64,000 bases of DNA, from NCBI GenBank assembly GCA_963662545.2, contig CAXXLL010000003.1, positions 1,632,001 to 1,696,000 of the forward strand, in the 5' to 3' direction. Of the stretch, positions 59,667-64,000 are shown one piece after another. Under the pieces are notes generated by a model. That model saw only the letters and a list, made by a program, of their open reading frames with translations, did no database searches and was not told the DNA's origin. The DNA comes from Gammaproteobacteria bacterium (lineage in GTDB: Bacteria; Pseudomonadota; Gammaproteobacteria; Ga0077536). The position numbers and the translations under genes were made by a program. Every line of letters starts with the position of its first letter. Position 1 is the stretch's first letter.

Positions 59667-60278
59667 CTATCGATCGAGCTGTCCGCCGCTCAAGGTATGG
59701 TCGACGCCGGCCTCATTCAACAACGTCGAGGTCTCATACAGCGGCAAGCCGACCACCGCCGAATAGCTGCCTTCGATCTGCTTTACCAGCGCGCCGCCGA
59801 TGCCCTGAATGCCATAGGCGCCCGCTTTGTCGGCCGGTTCGCCGGTTTGCCAGTAGGCTTCGATCGTCTGCGCCTCGAGAATAGCGAACTGCACCCTACA
59901 GCGAACGACACGGCACAAGGTATCCATTTCCCAGCCCAGGACGACGGCAGTCAACACCACATGCCAACACCCTGACAGTGCGGTCAGCATTTCTGTTGCA
60001 TGCGCGCGATCCCGCGGCTTGCCGAAGATCAGCCCGTCGACGCTGACCACTGTGTCGGCGGCCACAACCACAGCATCTTCTGGAAGCGCGGCACGCCCGG
60101 CGGCTGCCTTGGCAAGCGCTGTACGGCGGACGTGGTTTTCCGGCGATTCCTGCGTGATGGGTGTCTCATCGACGTCGACCTCTACCACCCGGAATTTCAC
60201 GCCGAGTAAGCGCAGCAGATCAGCGCGACGCGGCGAGCGCGAAGCGAGATACACAGTGCCTTTACCTACGGCCGCCAT
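59667..60278 (-). CDS. maf: Maf family nucleoside triphosphate pyrophosphatase (YhdE-like)
   Basis: LASRSPRR, ADTVV, GKP, DKAGAYGIQG, VVGLP. Confidence 0.92.
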   Translation of the reverse strand: MAAVGKGTVYLASRSPRRADLLRLLGVKFRVVEVDVDETPITQESPENHVRRTALAKAAAGRAALPEDAVVVAADTVVSVDGLIFGKPRDRAHATEMLTALSGCWHVVLTAVVLGWEMDTLCRVVRCRVQFAILEAQTIEAYWQTGEPADKAGAYGIQGIGGALVKQIEGSYSAVVGLPLYETSTLLNEAGVDHTLSGGQLDR

Positions 60279-60390
60279 GGTACTTGCTCGATGATCTCAA
60301 CAGCGTTTATTGCAAGGTGAATCAAGGCTGCGCTGTGGTAGAACGCTAACGGCTCGATTGCAAAAACGTCCGCGGGCAAGTGTTTCAGGC

Positions 60391-60777
60391 CTATCCGGAG
60401 ATCCCCTGACTCACCTTCGTCGGTGCCCACACACCCCACAATTTTTCGAGTTGATAGAACTCACGGACTTGCGGCTGCATGATGTGAATGACGACGCCGC
60501 CCAGATCGATCAGTACCCACTCGCCCTGGCGCTCGCCCTCGATACCCAGAATCTCCGCTCCGACAGCGCGTGCCGCTCCGACGACCCGCTTTAACAACGC
60601 TTTGACCTGCCGGTTTGAACGGCCTGAAGCGATCACCATGAAGTCGGTAATGATCGTCAGTTCCCGCACGTCAAGAGTACTAATGTCGACCGCCTTGCCG
60701 TCGTCAAGGGCTTCGCATATTTGCCCCGCGAGTGTTACCGAGAAAGTGTCTTCGTTGTCGTTGTTGCCTTGGATCAT
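60391..60777 (-). CDS. rsfS: Ribosome silencing factor
   Basis: KAVDI, IASGRSNRQV, WVLIDLG, REFYQLEKLW. Confidence 0.94.
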   Translation of the reverse strand: MIQGNNDNEDTFSVTLAGQICEALDDGKAVDISTLDVRELTIITDFMVIASGRSNRQVKALLKRVVGAARAVGAEILGIEGERQGEWVLIDLGGVVIHIMQPQVREFYQLEKLWGVWAPTKVSQGISG

Positions 60778-61433
60778 GCCAGGTACAGACCTTGGTCGAT
60801 TATGATGTCGTTTACTGGACCGGGTACCAGATGTCGAAGATCCCGCCCCGCGGCGCGGCGTGCGCGCAGGTCACTGGACGCGATCGAAAGTAGGGGAATA
60901 TCAAGAAAAAAAACTCGCCCCGCGGTACTGTCATGGAGATCATCCACGGTATCAGCCTGCGCACTCCCGATGATTTCGTCAAGTCCGCAAGCGTCATGAT
61001 CGGGCGATCCGGGACGGGCAACAACGACGACATGCGCCAGCCGAAGGATCTCCTGCGGCCGGTGCCAAGTGGGTAGTGATCGATAGGAATCGACGCCCAT
61101 CAACAGGCACAATGGCACCTCAGGCTGATCACGTCGCAACTCGCTCAGCGTGTCGACTGTATAGCTGACGCCACCGCGTTCGATCTCTCGAAGATCAATT
61201 TCGATCGGCGCGCGCGCAATCACGCGTAACATTTCAACGCGCACTTCAGGTGACGTCTTGGGAGCGTTGCGATGACTGGGCGTGTGTAGGGGAACGAGTC
61301 GGACATGATCGAGGTCGAGCGCCTCGTGCGCCTCGATGGCGACGCGCAGGTGGCCGTGGTGAACCGGATCGAAGGTGCCACCCAGAATCCCGATAGGACG
61401 TGGTTGCGCGCGCGATTGTTTTCCGGAATTCAT
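60774..61433 (-). CDS. nadD: Nicotinate-nucleotide adenylyltransferase
   Basis: GGTFDPVHHGH, SYTVDT, WHR, IASSDLR. Confidence 0.95.
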   Translation of the reverse strand: MNSGKQSRAQPRPIGILGGTFDPVHHGHLRVAIEAHEALDLDHVRLVPLHTPSHRNAPKTSPEVRVEMLRVIARAPIEIDLREIERGGVSYTVDTLSELRRDQPEVPLCLLMGVDSYRSLPTWHRPQEILRLAHVVVVARPGSPDHDACGLDEIIGSAQADTVDDLHDSTAGRVFFLDIPLLSIASSDLRARRAAGRDLRHLVPGPVNDIIIDQGLYLA

Positions 61434-61476
61434 ACGAGGTCAAAATCAGCCGGCTATTGCAGACAGGCAGCGGACC

Positions 61477-62757
61477 TCATTCCCGAATATGCCCGTCTCC
61501 CAGCACTACCCATTTTTGCGAGGTCAGGCCTTCGAGCCCGACCGGGCCGCGCGCGTGAAATTTATCCGTGCTAATCCCGATCTCCGCCCCGAGGCCGTAT
61601 TCAAAGCCGTCGGCGAAGCGGGTGGACGCATTGACGATGACCGAGCTCGAATCGACTTCGTTGATGAAGCGGCGGGCGTGCTCGAGATTTTCGGTGACGA
61701 TAGCATCCGTGTGTTGTGATCCATAGGTCCGGATGTGGTCGATGGCGGCATCCAGATCATCGACTATCCGAACAGCCAGCACGGGGGCGAGGAATTCCTC
61801 ATACCAATCGTCTTCGCTGGCCTCCTTGACGGCATCGTTGAACGTACGCGTACGCGCGCACCCGCGAAGCTCGACGCCGGCATCGAGGTAATCCTCGATG
61901 AGCGTCGGAAATACCTTTTCGGCAATCTTCGGCGCCGCGAGCAGGGTCTCCATCGTGTTGCAAGTGCCATAACGCTGCGTTTTGGCGTTGAACGCGATGC
62001 GCCGTGCTTTCGCGCTGTCGGCCGCATCGTCCAGAAAGACGTGGCAAACACCATCGAGGTGCTTGATCACCGGCATGCGCGCCTCCCTACTGACCCGTTC
62101 GATCAAACCCTTGCCGCCGCGCGGAATGATCACATCGATTAGATCATGCAACGCGAGCAAGGCGCCGACGGCGGCGCGATCGGTCGTTTGAACGATCTGT
62201 ACGGCCGCCTCAGGAAGGTTCGCCGCTGCAAGGCCGGCACGTATGCACGCTGCGATCGCCTGGTTCGATGCCTGTGCCTCCGAACCACCGCGCAATATCA
62301 CCGCATTACCGGATTTAAGGCACAGCGTCGCGGCATCCGCCGTCACGGTGGGCCGCGATTCATAAATGATCCCGACGACCCCGAGGGGCACACGCATGCG
62401 GCCGACCTGGATCCCGCTCGGCCGGTAGTTGAGATCCGTAATCGCGCCGATGGGATCGGGGAGTTGCGCGACCTGGAGAATGCCGAGTGCCATCGCTTCC
62501 ACGCGCTCCGGATCCAACGCCAGGCGATCGAGAAGCGCCGCATCGAGATCGACCGCCAGGTCGAGATCCCGGCGGTTGGCCTCGAGGATCACGTCACTCG
62601 ACGCGCGGATCCTTTGCGCGATTCCCCGCAACGCCTCGTCCTTTTCAGCCGTAGTGGCGCGCGCCATCATCCGGCTTACTTCGCGCGCTTCGGCTGCGAT
62701 GGCGTGAATGCGGGCAACGATGTCGCCCGCTTTGGATTGTCGTACGGCCTGTTGCAT
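61477..62757 (-). CDS. proA: Glutamate-5-semialdehyde dehydrogenase
   Basis: [37 protein letters not shown]. Confidence 0.96.
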   Translation of the reverse strand: MQQAVRQSKAGDIVARIHAIAAEAREVSRMMARATTAEKDEALRGIAQRIRASSDVILEANRRDLDLAVDLDAALLDRLALDPERVEAMALGILQVAQLPDPIGAITDLNYRPSGIQVGRMRVPLGVVGIIYESRPTVTADAATLCLKSGNAVILRGGSEAQASNQAIAACIRAGLAAANLPEAAVQIVQTTDRAAVGALLALHDLIDVIIPRGGKGLIERVSREARMPVIKHLDGVCHVFLDDAADSAKARRIAFNAKTQRYGTCNTMETLLAAPKIAEKVFPTLIEDYLDAGVELRGCARTRTFNDAVKEASEDDWYEEFLAPVLAVRIVDDLDAAIDHIRTYGSQHTDAIVTENLEHARRFINEVDSSSVIVNASTRFADGFEYGLGAEIGISTDKFHARGPVGLEGLTSQKWVVLGDGHIRE

Positions 62758-62761
62758 CGGA

Positions 62762-63799
62762 TTAATGGTGGGTTAAAAGCGCTCTAAAGTTCGTATGTCC
62801 GGTTGCATTGACGATCAAGATTTCCAGCGCATCCCAGGGATCGCCTGTTCGCGCACCCTTGATCAAGGTATCGATAAAGTTAGCGTACGCCAGCAGCGTA
62901 GATAATTCATCCAGTTTGAATCGTTCGAGCGCGCGCGTGACCAGGCGCCTGCGCGATTGCCAGATGCGATATTTGTCCATCACCTGGGCCGTTTGCATGC
63001 CACCTGCACGCGCCGCCGCCATCGACGCGAGCTGTCTGAGTTCACGACCCAGCGCCCAGTTCACGAAAACCGCTTCCGCCCCTTCCTCGCGCAACCCGCG
63101 AATCACCCGTATCGCGCGAGGAAGTTCGCCCGCAACGACGGCGTCCGTCAGTTGAAAGACATCGTAGCGCGCGCTGTCGCGAACCGCGTTGATCACGTCG
63201 GTCTCGCCGATTTCCTGGCCGTCGACCAGTAGGCAAAGCTTTTCGACTTCCTGCGCCGCGGCGAGCATGTTGCCTTCCACGCGATCGGCGATGAATGCGG
63301 CCGCGGCCGCCGACAATCGTTTGCCCGAACGTCGTGCACGCCCGCTCAACCATCCCGGCAAGGCACTGATCTTGAGATCCCTCACCACTACGCAGACGGC
63401 GTTTTGCTCGATGGTCTTGAACCATCGGGTCTTACGCGCGCCTGTGTCGAGCTTGCCCGCGGTCACCAGCAGTACGTCATCGGCCTCCTCCCGCGCCGCG
63501 AGTTCTGCGAGGACAACGGCTCCGTTTTTGTCTGGTTTGCGGCCACCTAGCCGGATTTCGATGAGGCGGCGAGCGGCGAAAAGGGACAAGGCCCGGCTTT
63601 CAACGGATAGCGCCGGCCAGTCGATGCCGACTTCGGCGTCGAAAACGAGTCGTTCTTCAACTCCTTCCGCCGCCGCGTGGCGACGTACGGCGTCGGCACA
63701 TTCGGCCAGTTGCAAGGGTTCGTCGCCGTGGAAGAAATAGACCGCGTCCAAACCGTGATCGCGGAGGCGGTCATTGAGGCGCTCGCTGTTGACCTGCAT
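62762..63799 (-). CDS. holA: DNA polymerase III delta subunit
   Basis: [30 protein letters not shown]. Confidence 0.93.
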   Translation of the reverse strand: MQVNSERLNDRLRDHGLDAVYFFHGDEPLQLAECADAVRRHAAAEGVEERLVFDAEVGIDWPALSVESRALSLFAARRLIEIRLGGRKPDKNGAVVLAELAAREEADDVLLVTAGKLDTGARKTRWFKTIEQNAVCVVVRDLKISALPGWLSGRARRSGKRLSAAAAAFIADRVEGNMLAAAQEVEKLCLLVDGQEIGETDVINAVRDSARYDVFQLTDAVVAGELPRAIRVIRGLREEGAEAVFVNWALGRELRQLASMAAARAGGMQTAQVMDKYRIWQSRRRLVTRALERFKLDELSTLLAYANFIDTLIKGARTGDPWDALEILIVNATGHTNFRALLTHH

Positions 63800-63817
63800 A
63801 CCGTTCGGTGTGATACC

Positions 63818-64000
63818 TCACTCGGCCGGTGGCAGGTGTACGGCCTGTAAACGCATCATCAGTGTCGTCGCGGCCGTCTCGGCCAGATCGCGACGCACGG
63901 TTTTATCCTGTTCGACCGTACCCAGCAGCGAGCCCTCGTCGAAGACGTAATCCAACTGCCAATTCACTAACTCCACCGGCACGAGCAACTTGCCATCGCC
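63818..64000 (-). CDS. lptE: LPS assembly lipoprotein LptE, C-terminal part (5' end outside the window)
   Basis: Open reverse frame DGKLLVP...DYVFDEGSLLG...MRLQA directly upstream of holA. Confidence 0.7.
   Translation of the reverse strand, partial: GDGKLLVPVELVNWQLDYVFDEGSLLGTVEQDKTVRRDLAETAATTLMMRLQAVHLPPAE

Overview
Core-genome segment of a GC-rich gammaproteobacterial chromosome, densely packed with housekeeping genes. These include queG/queC/queE, rpe-trpGDC, ilvA, rpiA, tatABC, hisAFIE, polA, thrB, mgtE, the PTS-rpoN-lptBAC-kdsCD cluster, tol-pal-cpoB, ruvCAB, yebC, nadA, aspS, tRNA-Lys(UUU), bepA, PPi-PFK plus H+-PPase, and maf-rsfS-nadD-proA-holA-lptE. I found no CRISPR array, prophage, integrase or transposase. 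The unusual signal is mostly intergenic: eight short non-autonomous MITE-like elements in four terminal-repeat families. Most sit in YTAR-type target sites, several of which are stop codons. They share one internal hairpin motif (AGGC on one arm, AACG on the other). One element carries a tandem array of GGA-loop hairpins in its apical loop. Other points of interest are an acyltransferase-alpha/beta-hydrolase fusion, a truncated gph with no trpE, an mltF-like gene split by one in-frame TAG, queC without a canonical start codon, and a degenerate orphan soxX. All calls come from reading the sequence and recognising motifs; no database searches or folding programs were run.
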